Origin: an uncultured Methanosarcinaceae archaeon
GTDB taxonomy: Archaea > Halobacteriota > Methanosarcinia > Methanosarcinales > Methanosarcinaceae
Length of the DNA stretch: 64,000 nucleotides
Assembly: GCA_963733675.1 (NCBI GenBank)
Contig: CAVTET010000004.1
Coordinates: 384,001-448,000 of the forward strand
Reading direction: 5' to 3'
The position numbers and the translations under genes are program-made. Below the pieces are notes generated by a model that saw nothing but the letters and a program-made list of their open reading frames with translations, was not told where the DNA came from and searched no databases. Below are positions 1 to 11,379 of the stretch, one piece after another; within the stretch, counting starts at the first letter, position 1; every line of letters begins with the position of its first letter.

Positions 1-160
1 CATAAAATTGTTAATTTGCTGTTATTGGTTTGTACTTCAAATGCGTCTGACACCTGCAGAACGCAGGGATAAAGCTGGGAACATATTCTTATAAAAGAAA
101 TGGTTCAACCAGGAAGCATCTTCCTCGCTACGAAGCAGAAGGGAGAGGGGGTTCGCTGAA
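1..160 (+). mobile_element. Probable 3' end remnant of an IS200/IS605-family (tnpB) element
   Basis: CACCTGCAGAACGCAGGG...CAGGAAGCATCTTCCTCG...AAGGGAGAGGGGGTTCGC resembles tnpB right-end/omega-RNA regions; cut by the window edge. Confidence 0.35.
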
Positions 161-214
161 GAACAAAACACTTGCATGCAAAGTTTTCTACTTCAGATAA
201 AGTCCGCACTTTTA

Positions 215-2155
215 TCAGACGCGTTCAAGTGCAAGAGCCCCAAGAAATGCCATTGTTTCAAGTATCTCTTTATTTTCTGGAGTAAGAGCTATCTCAGGCT
301 GTTCAAAGGCAAATGCCATGAGACCCAATATCCTCCTGTGCGTTTTGAGTGGGATATAGTGCCCTCTTCCTGCGGGAAGATTATCTGTTCCATATCCAGC
401 TGCCTGGCAATTGTTATAAGCCCATCGAGCAATTTCACTCTCTTTATCTTTGAGCGGGTAGTCAGCATCACCTTCTTCGATTTGAAGACCGGAGGAGCTG
501 GATACGAGTATTGCAAAAGTACCTGGTGCAAATTTGTGCATTTGATCGGAGAGAATTTTTAAAACTTCTTGCCGTGTTTTTGCTTCCACAAGTTCACGGG
601 AAAGGCCTGATGTTGCTTCCACTTGAGCTTCGCTCTTCCATATCTGGGGTAGAAGATGACGCAGCCGAGTTGCAAGGCTGCTAATTATAAGAGCAATAGC
701 GACATATCCTACAAAAGCGATGAAGTATTGCAAGTCTTCGATACCAATTGAATAGTAAGGCTTGACAAAGAAAAAATCAAAAAGTAAGATACTCACAAAT
801 GCTGTAAACATAGCTACTCTGCGCCTGAAGAAAAAAGCAGATACAAGGACTGGCAAAATCTGAATAATCAGCAAGTTCGTAGGTCCAATATGATCTTTAA
901 GAAAAAAATTGAAGCTCACTACTGCTATAATTAGGATGAAGCTAATTGCATATTCAGCTGTAAAAAATAGTGGAATTCGTCGCTGAAGAGGTATGTGCAA
1001 GCCGTTTCCTTTTGGCTCGTAAAGGTGGATATCAATACCATGCGAATTCCTTATGACCCTATATACCGGAGAAAAGAGCACATCTATTCCGTGGGGTTTT
1101 CCAAGCATAATCATGTTGACATTGCTCCGCCGAGCATAGCGTACAATTTCGTCAGCTATATCGTTCCCACGGTAACGAACTATCCGGCCACCCAGTCGTC
1201 GAGATGTTTCTAGAGCTTGATTGAGCCAGACACGTTCCATAGAAGATAAAGCCCTATCATCACCGATATCTACTGAAAATACTATAAAGTCAGCATCGAA
1301 TCTCGTTGCAAGCTTGTATGCTGCCCTCACCATGGCTTCAGCTGTGGGACCTGGACGGATACACACCAGAAGCCTTTCTACGGCAGGCCATGGACCCTTG
1401 ATAGCTCGGCTCCTCATATAACCAATCATCATCTGGTCAGTATATACTGCCATATATCGCAATGCAAGTTGCCTTAGTGCAAGGAGATTACCTGTTCTGA
1501 AGAAACTCTGTATAGCAGCTTCAGCCATACCTTTCAAATAGATTTTCCCTGCTTTGAGGCGAATATTTAGCTCTTCTGGTGTGATATCGATTAACCGAAT
1601 CTCATCGGCATTGGAAAAGAAAGCATCCGGTACGATTTCAGAAACCCGGATGTCAATGATTTGGGCAACTGCATCGTTCTGGCTCTCAATATGCTGGATA
1701 TTAATGGTTGTATAAACTGATATTCCTGCTTGTAGGATCTCTTCGACATCCTGGTACCTCTTCAAATGCTTACTGGCTGGAGCGTTGGTATGGGCCAACT
1801 CATCTACCAGGACTATTTGAGGATGACGCCTAATGATTGAATCTGGATCTAACTCCTTCAGAGAGAGGCCATGATGTTCCATGGAGACTGTTGGAATGAT
1901 CTCAAAATGACTTACCAGTGCGTTTGTCTCAGGTCGGTCATGGCTCTCAACATAGCCGACAACAACATCTCTTCCTTCCCGTAGCCGCTGAAGTGCATCT
2001 TGAAGCATTGAGTATGTCTTTCCAACACCTGCAGAGTAGCCCAAGTAAACTGTCAACTTTCCTTCATGCTCTTTTTGCTCATTATAACGAGCAATGCACA
2101 GCAAATCTTCAGCTAGTGGTCTTCCTTCTTCTTCTTCACGACGATCCATTAGCAT
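215..2155 (-). CDS. kdpD: KdpD-like sensor (KdpD N-domain, USP, 4-TM, GAF) without a histidine kinase domain
   Basis: GKLTVYLGYSAGVGKTYSML, VLVDELAHTN, USP-like region, TM block LLFDFFFVKPYY; stops after the GAF-like region; last gene of the kdp operon. Confidence 0.9.
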   Translation of the reverse strand: MLMDRREEEEGRPLAEDLLCIARYNEQKEHEGKLTVYLGYSAGVGKTYSMLQDALQRLREGRDVVVGYVESHDRPETNALVSHFEIIPTVSMEHHGLSLKELDPDSIIRRHPQIVLVDELAHTNAPASKHLKRYQDVEEILQAGISVYTTINIQHIESQNDAVAQIIDIRVSEIVPDAFFSNADEIRLIDITPEELNIRLKAGKIYLKGMAEAAIQSFFRTGNLLALRQLALRYMAVYTDQMMIGYMRSRAIKGPWPAVERLLVCIRPGPTAEAMVRAAYKLATRFDADFIVFSVDIGDDRALSSMERVWLNQALETSRRLGGRIVRYRGNDIADEIVRYARRSNVNMIMLGKPHGIDVLFSPVYRVIRNSHGIDIHLYEPKGNGLHIPLQRRIPLFFTAEYAISFILIIAVVSFNFFLKDHIGPTNLLIIQILPVLVSAFFFRRRVAMFTAFVSILLFDFFFVKPYYSIGIEDLQYFIAFVGYVAIALIISSLATRLRHLLPQIWKSEAQVEATSGLSRELVEAKTRQEVLKILSDQMHKFAPGTFAILVSSSSGLQIEEGDADYPLKDKESEIARWAYNNCQAAGYGTDNLPAGRGHYIPLKTHRRILGLMAFAFEQPEIALTPENKEILETMAFLGALALERV

Positions 2156-2164
2156 AATTTCCTC

Positions 2165-2731
2165 TTAAGTACTCCCTTTCTTATCAAGCGCTTGGTTGAG
2201 AGAAAGAACATTAACATAAGTTCCAGTGAATGGAGAATCGATAGATTCTGAAAGCACAAGTTTTTTGAGTTCTTCTTCCGGAATGTTGCGCGCCTTCGCC
2301 ACAGCAGGTATCTCTACAAGTGCGGATTTCAGGCTTATGTGTGGATCAAGTCCGCTTCCCGAAGCCATAACCAGATCAGATGGTATAAGGTCAGTAACAC
2401 CTGCTTCCTTTAGTGCACTAGTCCTATTGGCTACCAATCCGAAGAGAGCAGGGTTTGTCGGGCCGAGGTTAGACCCTGTGGAAGAAGTTGGATCATATCC
2501 ACTTCCACTAGCTGAAGGCCTGCTTTGGAAGTATTGAGGTACAGTAAAGTTCTGACCAATGAGCTTTGAACCAATAATTGTTTTGTTACTGTCCATAATA
2601 AGGCTCCCATGAGCCTGGGAAGGGAATACGCTCTGTGATACCAGCGTCACAGCAAGGGGATAGACAAGTCCTGTGATTATAAATAATACTCCAAATAGCA
2701 ACGTGGCTTTTTTGAGAGATTTCATGATCAA
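2165..2731 (-). CDS. kdpC: K+-transporting ATPase subunit C
   Basis: N-terminal TM helix, GSKLIGQNF, FQSRPS, SNLGP, ASGSGLDPHIS, VNVLSLN. Confidence 0.97.
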   Translation of the reverse strand: MIMKSLKKATLLFGVLFIITGLVYPLAVTLVSQSVFPSQAHGSLIMDSNKTIIGSKLIGQNFTVPQYFQSRPSASGSGYDPTSSTGSNLGPTNPALFGLVANRTSALKEAGVTDLIPSDLVMASGSGLDPHISLKSALVEIPAVAKARNIPEEELKKLVLSESIDSPFTGTYVNVLSLNQALDKKGST

Positions 2732-2738
2732 TACCTCC

Positions 2739-4808
2739 TCAGATATGCAGTAAACCGGCCAATATCAGGTCTATTACCTTGATCCCTATAAAGGGGGCAA
2801 TGACCCCACCAAAACCAAAGATGGTCAGGTTGTAGGCAAAAAGCTTCGAAGCCGACATAGACTTAAACTTTATCCCAGCTAGTGCAAGTGGTATAAGCAT
2901 CGGAATAATCACAGCATTAAATATGACCGCAGAAAGAATGGCAGACTGCGGTGTTGCAAGACTCATGATATTCAGCACCTCAAGCTTCGGATATATACCT
3001 ACCAGAGCAGCGGGAATGATTGCAAAATATTTGGCGATATCGTTAGCTATAGAAAAGGTGGTCAGAGCTCCGCGAGTCATCAAAATTTGCTTACCTATCT
3101 CGACAATGTCCAACAGTTTGGTTGGATTGCTATCTAGATCAATGATGTTTGAAGCTTCTCTTGCAGGCTGTGTGCCATTGTTCATAGCCACAGCTACATC
3201 GGCTTGGGCAAGAGCAGGAGCATCATTTGTTCCGTCACCTGTCATGGCAACCATGTAGCCTTCTGTCTGGTAGTCCTTGATCATCGAGAGTTTATCTTCA
3301 GGTTTTGCTTCTGCTAGATAATCATCTACTCCGGCTTCTGCTGCGATAGTAGCAGCAGTAAGAGGATTATCTCCTGTAATCATAATCGTCTTTATTCCTA
3401 TCTTGCGCAGATCTGCAAATCTCTCTCGAATACCAGTTTTTAAAATATCTTTGAGGAATATCACACCGAGAATTGTTTCATTACGAGCGACAACCAACGG
3501 TGTACCTCCTTTAGACGCAATTCCGTCTACTTTCGCTTTCAAATCCGACGGAATGGTACCCCCACGCTCAAGAACGAACTTATTTATTGCATCGGAAGCA
3601 CCCTTTAGGTATGTTATCTCGCCGCATTTTGCACTACTGACTCTGGTAACGGCCGAAAATGGCGTGAAAGTGACATTCTCTGAAGAAACTGGAACTGTTC
3701 CGATATTTTTTTGAATGAGATCAATAATGCTTTTGCCCTCGGGAGTATCGTCTGCAGAAGAGGACAGCATAGCAGCTTCAATCAAGTCATCAGTTGATTG
3801 ACCATCTACTGGCAAAAACTCAGTTGCCTGTCGGTTACCTAAGGTGATAGTACCTGTTTTATCCAGCAGTAGGACATTTACATCTCCTGCAGCTTCGATT
3901 GCCCTTCCTGAGAGAGCGACGACATTCAACTGGAATAAACGATCCATCCCGGCTATTCCGATTGCTGAGAGCAGGGCTGCAATGGTTGTGGGTGCTAAAC
4001 ATACGAAAAGTGCAATTAGTACTGTGAAACTTACGGGGGAACCTCTTCCACTTGAAGAAGCGCTATACGCAGAAGCGGAGTACATGCTGACTACAACCGC
4101 GAGAAATACAACTGTCAGTGAAATGAGTAGTATTCCGAGAGCTATTTCATTAGGAGTCTTCCGTCTCTCTGCACCCTCCACCATGGAGATCATACGGTCC
4201 AGAAAAGTATGTCCAGGATCAGCGGTAATTTTGATGATTATCTCATTGGCAATAACTGTAGTTCCTCCGGTTACAGCACTTCGGTCACCACCAAATTCAC
4301 GCACAACAGGTGCAGATTCCCCGGTAATTGCTGCTTCATTAACTAATGCAACTCCCTTCACTACGTCTCCGTCTCCAGGGATTACTTCGTTTGTCTTTAC
4401 AAGGACAAGGTCACCTTTCTGGAGATCGGAGGAAGGCACTTCAGTGAAAGGACTATCAAAAGATTCTGTTGTGAGCTTTCTAGCAGGAACGCTTGTTCTG
4501 GACAGCCGGAGAGATGCTGCTCTGGCTTTACCACGGCCTTCAGACAGAGCTTCCGCAAAGTTAGAAAAGAGCACGGTCAGCCAAAGCCAGAGAGAAATAA
4601 AGCCAATGAAGAAAGAGGATTCAGTGGTAGCAGAGAAGAAGCTGATAAGAAAACTCATCGTGGTTAGGATACTTCCTATTTCTACTGTAAACATTACCGG
4701 GTTTTCGATCTGCTGACGTAGGTTCAGTTTCAACACTGAACTGATAAGCGCTTCACGAATAAGTTTCGAATCAAAGGCACCTACATGGGAAGATTGCGTT
4801 CGTGGCAT
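2739..4808 (-). CDS. kdpB: K+-transporting P-type ATPase subunit B
   Basis: NPVMF, TGES, DKTGT, GDGTNDAPALAQA, RGALTTFSIAND; start placed at ATG 4808 (MPRTQ), just after the kdpA stop. Confidence 0.97.
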   Translation of the reverse strand: MPRTQSSHVGAFDSKLIREALISSVLKLNLRQQIENPVMFTVEIGSILTTMSFLISFFSATTESSFFIGFISLWLWLTVLFSNFAEALSEGRGKARAASLRLSRTSVPARKLTTESFDSPFTEVPSSDLQKGDLVLVKTNEVIPGDGDVVKGVALVNEAAITGESAPVVREFGGDRSAVTGGTTVIANEIIIKITADPGHTFLDRMISMVEGAERRKTPNEIALGILLISLTVVFLAVVVSMYSASAYSASSSGRGSPVSFTVLIALFVCLAPTTIAALLSAIGIAGMDRLFQLNVVALSGRAIEAAGDVNVLLLDKTGTITLGNRQATEFLPVDGQSTDDLIEAAMLSSSADDTPEGKSIIDLIQKNIGTVPVSSENVTFTPFSAVTRVSSAKCGEITYLKGASDAINKFVLERGGTIPSDLKAKVDGIASKGGTPLVVARNETILGVIFLKDILKTGIRERFADLRKIGIKTIMITGDNPLTAATIAAEAGVDDYLAEAKPEDKLSMIKDYQTEGYMVAMTGDGTNDAPALAQADVAVAMNNGTQPAREASNIIDLDSNPTKLLDIVEIGKQILMTRGALTTFSIANDIAKYFAIIPAALVGIYPKLEVLNIMSLATPQSAILSAVIFNAVIIPMLIPLALAGIKFKSMSASKLFAYNLTIFGFGGVIAPFIGIKVIDLILAGLLHI

Positions 4809-4810
4809 TA

Positions 4811-6517
4811 TTAATTCCCTCCCATCATAATCAGGTGTTCGATAATCGGGCCGGTGGCGAATAGTGGGAAGAAGGTGAGAGCACCGATGATCAGGATCAC
4901 TAGAATCGTCCAAGTAGCAAATGAAACCGAAGCTGTGGGAAGAGTTCCTAAACTTGATGGAACTTTTTTCTTTTGCGCCATCGATCCTGCTATTGCTAGC
5001 ACGGCAATTGCAGGGACAAACCTGCCTATCAACATTGCTATGCTACCCCCAAGTGTGAAAAATGGCTTTGTTGCGTCAAGCCCAGCAAAGGCACTACCGT
5101 TATTATTAGACATGGATGCAAAGGCATATACCACTTCGGAAAGTCCATGAGGACCCGGATTTGCCATTAAATCTCCAACTTTCGGTAGAACAAGTGCAAT
5201 ACCCGAAAAAAGGAGAACAAGAATTCCAGGGACAAGAACGGTTATGACAGCCATCTTCATTTCTAATGCCTCTATTTTTTTCCCGAGGTATTCAGGGACG
5301 CGGCCAATCATGAGTCCTGCAATGAAGACCGAAAGCACCAAAAATCCGATCATAGTGTAAAATCCAGATCCTACCCCCCCGAAGACGACTTCACCTAGAA
5401 GAATCAGGAACATAGGCACCAGACCACCTAGTGGAGTGAGCGAATCATGCATACTGTTAACTGCACCACAGGAAGTTGCCGTAGTAGATGTGACAAAAAG
5501 CGAGGACCCCCATAGCCCAAACCTGACTTCTTTTCCTTCCATAGATATTCCGGAAACGCCAAGTTCTTTAATCAGTGGATTGCCCGCTAGCTCTGCAGCG
5601 TAGAGTGTACAGAATCCCAATAAAAACAACACTAACATAATAGAGTAGATAACCCACCCCTGTCTCATACTTCCGACCATTCTTCCAAAGACCAGAGGCA
5701 GAGTTGCAGATATTATGAGCATAAGGAAAATCTCTATAATGTTAGTCAAAGGTGTTGGATTTTCATAGGGATGTGCAGAGTTTGCATTGAAAAATCCTCC
5801 TCCGTTGGTACCGAACATTTTTATTGCTTCCTGAGAAGCTACTGGTCCCATTGGGATTGTCTGGGGTCCTGTCGGGCCATACCCTGTGACGTTTACATAA
5901 GGATCAATATTCTGAATAACGCCCTGGGAAACAAGCACAAGAGCAAAAATGAAAGCTATCGGCAAAAGGATGTAGAGAGTGCAACGAATCATATCTACCC
6001 AAAAGTTGCCGATCTTATAGGTCGACTGGCGGGTAATACCCCGCATCACTGCAATCGCTATGCAGATACCTGTAGCTGCGGAAAGGAAGTTATGAACTGT
6101 AAGTCCAGCCATCTGAGTAAAATAACTCGCAGCCGATTCACCGCTGTAGACCTGCCAGTTTGTATTAGTGATAAAACTAGATGCAGTGTTGATGGCAAAA
6201 CTTAGATTAAAAGCCCCAAATTTTTGTGGGTTGAGAGGCAGAGAATCTTGAAAAAGAAGAATTAAAAGAAGAATTACAAAACCTATACCATTGAAAATGA
6301 GCATATCTCTGGTGTAGCCCCGCCATCCTTCTTCTTTATCGGGATCAGTATCTATTAATCTGTATATTACCCGTTCAAAGCTTCCCAGGATTCCTCTGGA
6401 AAAACTTCCGTCAAAAACACGAACAATGAAACTGCTAAAAGGAAATGCAACCCCAGTTATGAGAACCAAAAAAAGGATTAGCATTATACCATCTGAAAGT
6501 ATATCTGGTGTTATCAT
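4811..6517 (-). CDS. kdpA: K+-transporting ATPase subunit A
   Basis: [42 protein letters not shown]; likely start MITPD at 6517. Confidence 0.97.
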   Translation of the reverse strand: MITPDILSDGIMLILFLVLITGVAFPFSSFIVRVFDGSFSRGILGSFERVIYRLIDTDPDKEEGWRGYTRDMLIFNGIGFVILLLILLFQDSLPLNPQKFGAFNLSFAINTASSFITNTNWQVYSGESAASYFTQMAGLTVHNFLSAATGICIAIAVMRGITRQSTYKIGNFWVDMIRCTLYILLPIAFIFALVLVSQGVIQNIDPYVNVTGYGPTGPQTIPMGPVASQEAIKMFGTNGGGFFNANSAHPYENPTPLTNIIEIFLMLIISATLPLVFGRMVGSMRQGWVIYSIMLVLFLLGFCTLYAAELAGNPLIKELGVSGISMEGKEVRFGLWGSSLFVTSTTATSCGAVNSMHDSLTPLGGLVPMFLILLGEVVFGGVGSGFYTMIGFLVLSVFIAGLMIGRVPEYLGKKIEALEMKMAVITVLVPGILVLLFSGIALVLPKVGDLMANPGPHGLSEVVYAFASMSNNNGSAFAGLDATKPFFTLGGSIAMLIGRFVPAIAVLAIAGSMAQKKKVPSSLGTLPTASVSFATWTILVILIIGALTFFPLFATGPIIEHLIMMGGN

Positions 6518-7127
6518 TTTATGATCAAGTACCAAAATTTCTTTACTAATCTTTAACCTAAACATGAACCGCTAAAAACATAGATATGGAAAAATTATTT
6601 TTGCATTTTTCTCTTTTTATTGTTTTCGATGGTTATTGAACTTTTAATGAATCAAATACAGGTTTTTAGTTCGAAACCATAGTTCACAGCTGTTGTATTA
6701 GTTCGAAATTTTATTTTACTACCCAAAGGCAGCAATCGGAAGTCTTAGAGACTATAGAGTATAAATACCTTTCTAGAAGTTAAGTTCAATTTTCCCAAAA
6801 GTACACACGTATGCCACTTCCACATCCTTTTTCGATAAAGTGATAATTAAAATCTGTATCTCATTCTTTGATATATAACATTCGGTAAATCAACACATAA
6901 ATTAGATGTATGTTGTGTTTTTTGGATAGAATACATGAAAATATTTGGACCAATGAAGTTGGATTGAAGTATTAGGAAAATGAAGGCCTTCGTTGGCCAA
7001 ATATAACATTAAACAATAATTTATTTGCACTTGTTTTACACCTTCAGTACTTAAGTTTCGTATTGGGAAAAATATAAATAGTATTATAAGGAAAAGGGAT
7101 ATTGCTTACTTGCTTGTAAATTCTTAT

Positions 7128-7353
7128 TTGAATCCAAAACCTATTTCATCCCACAATCTAATAGGTAGCACAATAAGTAATAGATACTTACAAGCAAGCT
7201 CATCCTCCAAAACCATTCTTCGCGTAATCCTAAAAACTTTCCGAATTATTTTTACGATCCGGGTTTGATCTATTATTCGGAATATAAGATTCGAGAAGAA
7301 AATTTAGAGTTATGATATCAGCTTATTTAGAGTAAAATATGTTTTGGGATCAA
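7128..7353. mobile_element. Possible MITE with GATCCCAAAAC-type ends
   Basis: Imperfect terminal inverted repeats TTGAATCCAAAAC ... GTTTTGGGATCAA, non-coding interior. Confidence 0.4.
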
Positions 7354-7553
7354 CTAGATATTAAAAAGTCAGGAAATTTTAACTGATAATAGGAAACAGT
7401 TAAAAAAATTCCTGAACCGAGTTTAGAAAAAGTAACTTTCAGTTTTTTTGTGAGAATGTTTATATTTTTTCGCATTGACTTACAGATTTCTTTTCCCAGT
7501 CTATAGATATACACATATAGAATTTATTTACCGATTGTTTGGTGACATTTTTA

Positions 7554-7741
7554 TGGCTTATTTTGATGGTGCTAACCTTGATGGTGCTAACTTGGAAGGA
7601 GCTAACCTTGAAGAGACTAACCCTAAAGGAGCTTATAAATTAACAATTGAACAGCTATCTAAAGTGAAAACACTCTCTGATGCGAAATTAGACGAAGAGC
7701 TTCTCAATTCACTTAGAAAAAAAATATGCTTGTCTTTTTAA
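7554..7741 (+). pseudogene. Pentapeptide-repeat protein fragment
   Basis: (D/E)GANL x3 followed by LTIEQLSKVKTL...AKLDEEL, a typical C-terminus of such proteins; no N-terminal part. Confidence 0.65.
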
Positions 7742-7804
7742 AAGGTAAATATCTTCACCTTTTTAGAGACCCATAATTGCCTTCTTTCAAAGGATAGCAG
7801 TATT

Positions 7805-9688
7805 ATGGAAATGAAATATAAAGTATTCTTTGTATTTATCAGCATGATTTTATTGCCGGAGACTACAATTGCAACACCTCCGACCTTGAAACCTGCTTCA
7901 CAGCCGTATTACATTGATTCACAGCATAATTTGTGGCTCAAAGTCAACATGAGTGGCAGTCCCCAAAATTTTAAGGTATACAACAATCCTGGCTACTCAC
8001 CAAATGGGGAAGCAGTCATGTGGGCATACGATAACTTTAGCTCAGGCAGCTTAGATACATCAAAATGGACAGCTTACAAAGAAGGAAGCAATAACGCAAC
8101 AGTAGATGTGCAGAATGGACATTTGGTGTTGTCAGGTTCTGGTAACACATCTTCTGCAAATGTTATGCTGAATAAACCATTCACAAGCGGCATTGAATTG
8201 GCGATCAATGAAACATTAGCAGGTGGTACTCATGATGTGGGTACATTTTCTGATGTTTCTTTTGGTTCCGGCGCACTCGTAGGTGGGATCAGGGGAACAG
8301 ATTGGTAGCATACCAGATTCGCTAATGGCGGTGGATCATTCCAAAGCCAGGGAATATATAATGCAATGATTTGGGCAAACTCAAACAGTTCGGATGTTAG
8401 TATGCCTACTCCTGGAATCAGATTAAGCGATTACATAGAAGAGGGTATTTCACATACATTGGCATATAGTTATGATGCTTCCGGTAACGCAAATATGTAT
8501 ATGCTAAATGTAACTCAAAATCGTCTTCCTTTATCTATACCTGATCCATATGGGTATAACCAGTACAATCATCCATCTATCTATTTCAATGAGACTGGTG
8601 TATTTGGTCACAAATGGTGGATGTTCATCACACCATATGCATACTCCTAACGGTACATATGAAAATGCATGTTTGTACTATTCTGATGATGGACTAATTT
8701 GGAATGTACCTCCAGGAGTGAAAAATCCTCTAGGAACGCAAATGGAATCTGATTATAATTCAAATGCCTATGGTTTTGATCTCTATGGTTCTGATCCCTA
8801 TGGTTTTGATCCCTATGGTTCTAATCCTGATCTCATATACAATCCTGATACTGAAAAATTTATGCTCTACTATGTAATTGGGGATATCATCGGTAATGCA
8901 ACCATAGAAAGCCCTAAAGTTAAAACGTATGACGGTATCACTGTTTCTCCAGAAATAAATGTCACAGCTCATGGGGTATCACCAACCGTCCTGTATGATA
9001 ATGCCACACGAACATATTACATGTGGATTGTTGATATCGATCTTCAACCGCATGTAATATACAGATATACATCCACTGATGGTGTAAATTTTGATAATAA
9101 GCAAGTTGTAGGTCAATCCAGCAACTACCAACCTTGGCATATGAATACGATGAATTATCCAGGAAAGTCAACACTGTATGCATTGTTCACATTGATGAGT
9201 AACGAAAGGTTCAACGACGATCTACATATTGCAACTGCAGACAGTTACACCGATAATTTCACAGTTCAAAGCTCACCACTTCTAAAAATCGGGGATGCAT
9301 CTTCTGCAACACATGAAGATGTTCAATTATACCGTATTACACTCGAGCAACTAAGGTAAATGGTGTATGGACAGTTGGAAATTTCATAACTCCACGTGCA
9401 CCACTTATGACAATCCAAAACACACAATATCTTTACACTCCAAAACAATGGATGATGTCACAAGGTGATTCCCCAACAAGCCACGGAGTTAAAAGAGAAA
9501 TTAATGAAGTTTGGGGATATAAAACAGGCCACATACCAAAAACAACCGCAAAAAATATGGGAACATACACTCAAATTGAGGTTGTACCAACCGACTTACA
9601 AAACGTGTCTAATTACCAGGTGATGATCCCTGCTAGTATGCTTAACATATCATCTCAAAGAGATTCTCTGGATGTTGAGCGTTCGTAA
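7805..9688 (+). pseudogene. Fragmented secreted/cell-surface protein with a beta-propeller glycosidase-like domain
   Basis: Signal peptide; four consecutive ORFs joined by an in-frame TAG (8306) and frame breaks near 8648 and 9335; NHPSIYF...WWMFITPY...ENACLYYSDDGLIW motif. Confidence 0.7.
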
Positions 9689-10314
9689 GTGCACCAAACA
9701 AACAAGTGGTGTAGTATTTTCGATATTAGGTGGGTAAATCCCACTGCTAATGATGTATTAGAACTTTCATGGCTGAATTGGAAAATCAATGGCATTACAC
9801 ACACGACTGTCTAAAATGTGAATTATCCTATCTTTTCTAAAATTTTCATTCTAATCTTTTCTGCTTCATTTTCAGTCATATATGGGATATTCAGCTCCAC
9901 TACTCGATATTACCCTTCTGCAGATAAAGACAGGAACTTGCGAGCCTTTGGGCTTAAACTTATCTGATCTTCAGTAACAAGCCTATAAACTGGCCGAGGG
10001 GTATATTGCACTTTATGGTCAAAAAATATTCAAAATGTGCATATAGATCCCCTTCCCGGTAAATGAGAACAGATTTTTACAATCCCAAGGTAACTCCTTG
10101 CCTATTTTTTGCCTTGCTTCAAGAGCTTGTAATCTTTTTTTCATTGATACTGTTACCATATCTTCACGTCACATTTTCAATAATGTATTTTCCCTAATCT
10201 GGCTATAATTCCATTAGACTTCCCAGAATATTAATGGAATCTTGGAATAAATGGTAATTAAACTTTCATATTATACAGCATACAACTTTCCGATCGAGCT
10301 CCCGAATAATAATT

Positions 10315-10590
10315 TCATTCTACTCCTGTAAATAAGGGAGTATTTGCAAGAGCACAACCATTCTGTGCCTGACAATTTTCCAGAGCTTCAAGTCTCTTCT
10401 GAAATTCATCAATATCCAAATCTTTTAGTATCGCATTTTGGACCAGTAATGCCTGAATGAAAACTATGATATAGGCCAGCTTTAAACTATCTCCTTCCTG
10501 AGCTCTGAAGTGTTTTGCCCTCAATCTTTTTTGAAGTTGTTCAATTAATTCTAAATTTGCATTTAACAGTGACTCTCGTGTCAGTAATTT
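10315..10590 (-). CDS. Small coiled-coil hypothetical protein, possibly a relic of an integrated element
   Basis: LELIEQLQKRLRAKHFRAQEGDSLKLAY...DEFQKRLEALE; start uncertain. Confidence 0.4.
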   Translation of the reverse strand, partial: KLLTRESLLNANLELIEQLQKRLRAKHFRAQEGDSLKLAYIIVFIQALLVQNAILKDLDIDEFQKRLEALENCQAQNGCALANTPLFTGVE

Positions 10591-11379
10591 AAAAATAGTT
10601 ATGGGGATCTCATAGTATTTTTCATTAAATCCCTTTATAACGTTTTGTCGGTTAATTGTCAAGAATTTATAGAAATATATTATATCTATCAATATATATA
10701 TTTTAGTACATATATTGGTAATTATGTGTTATGCCACTATTGGCATCTTCTAATCTCACCTTTGATCTTTTGAATATACGTTAAGGCATCGTAATAAATT
10801 ATAAAAATCAATTATTATAATTCATTTAAAGCGTGATTTCCAATAAGTTAATGATAAACTATTAATTGCATAATTTAAACCTCGCCACCGACTTCTAATG
10901 CACCATCTCAGCCCATATTCATTTCCAATCCCCCGTTAGATACAGACTATGAAATTTTGTAAATATTTTCCCAGAAATTATCATAAAAAAATCCACTCAT
11001 CGGACAATTTACCACTTTGCTTACTATTCCAGAAAATTGTAAACTTAAATAGGTATGTATACACTTAAATCGAAGAATATAACTATTAAACTGGTTATTT
11101 GTCCAAATTTTAATAATTCTAATGAAACTGCTCATACTCGAGTTTGTACTCCAAGTGCGAAAGTAATATTAAAGAAAAGTCAGTCTAATACTTGCGGATA
11201 AAAGAAAGGAGATTAGATTAGAAGGATTAACTTATATGAAATTAGTCTGAAGATTGAATTACTGTCTCCAACGATCTTCCCACTTAAATAGCAACAAATG
11301 CACCCTACCACCATGTTTTTCCGTGACTATAATATCATTATTTGAAGAATTCTAGTATTTAGGAAAATACTTTTAAAAG

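Noticed and set aside
3844-4716. 290-aa plus-strand ORF and similar antisense ORFs over kdp, NRMT, sugar, pdx and rib genes
   Set aside because: Shadow frames opposite well-supported genes
6518-6800. kdpF upstream of kdpA
   Set aside because: No short hydrophobic ORF with KdpF features found
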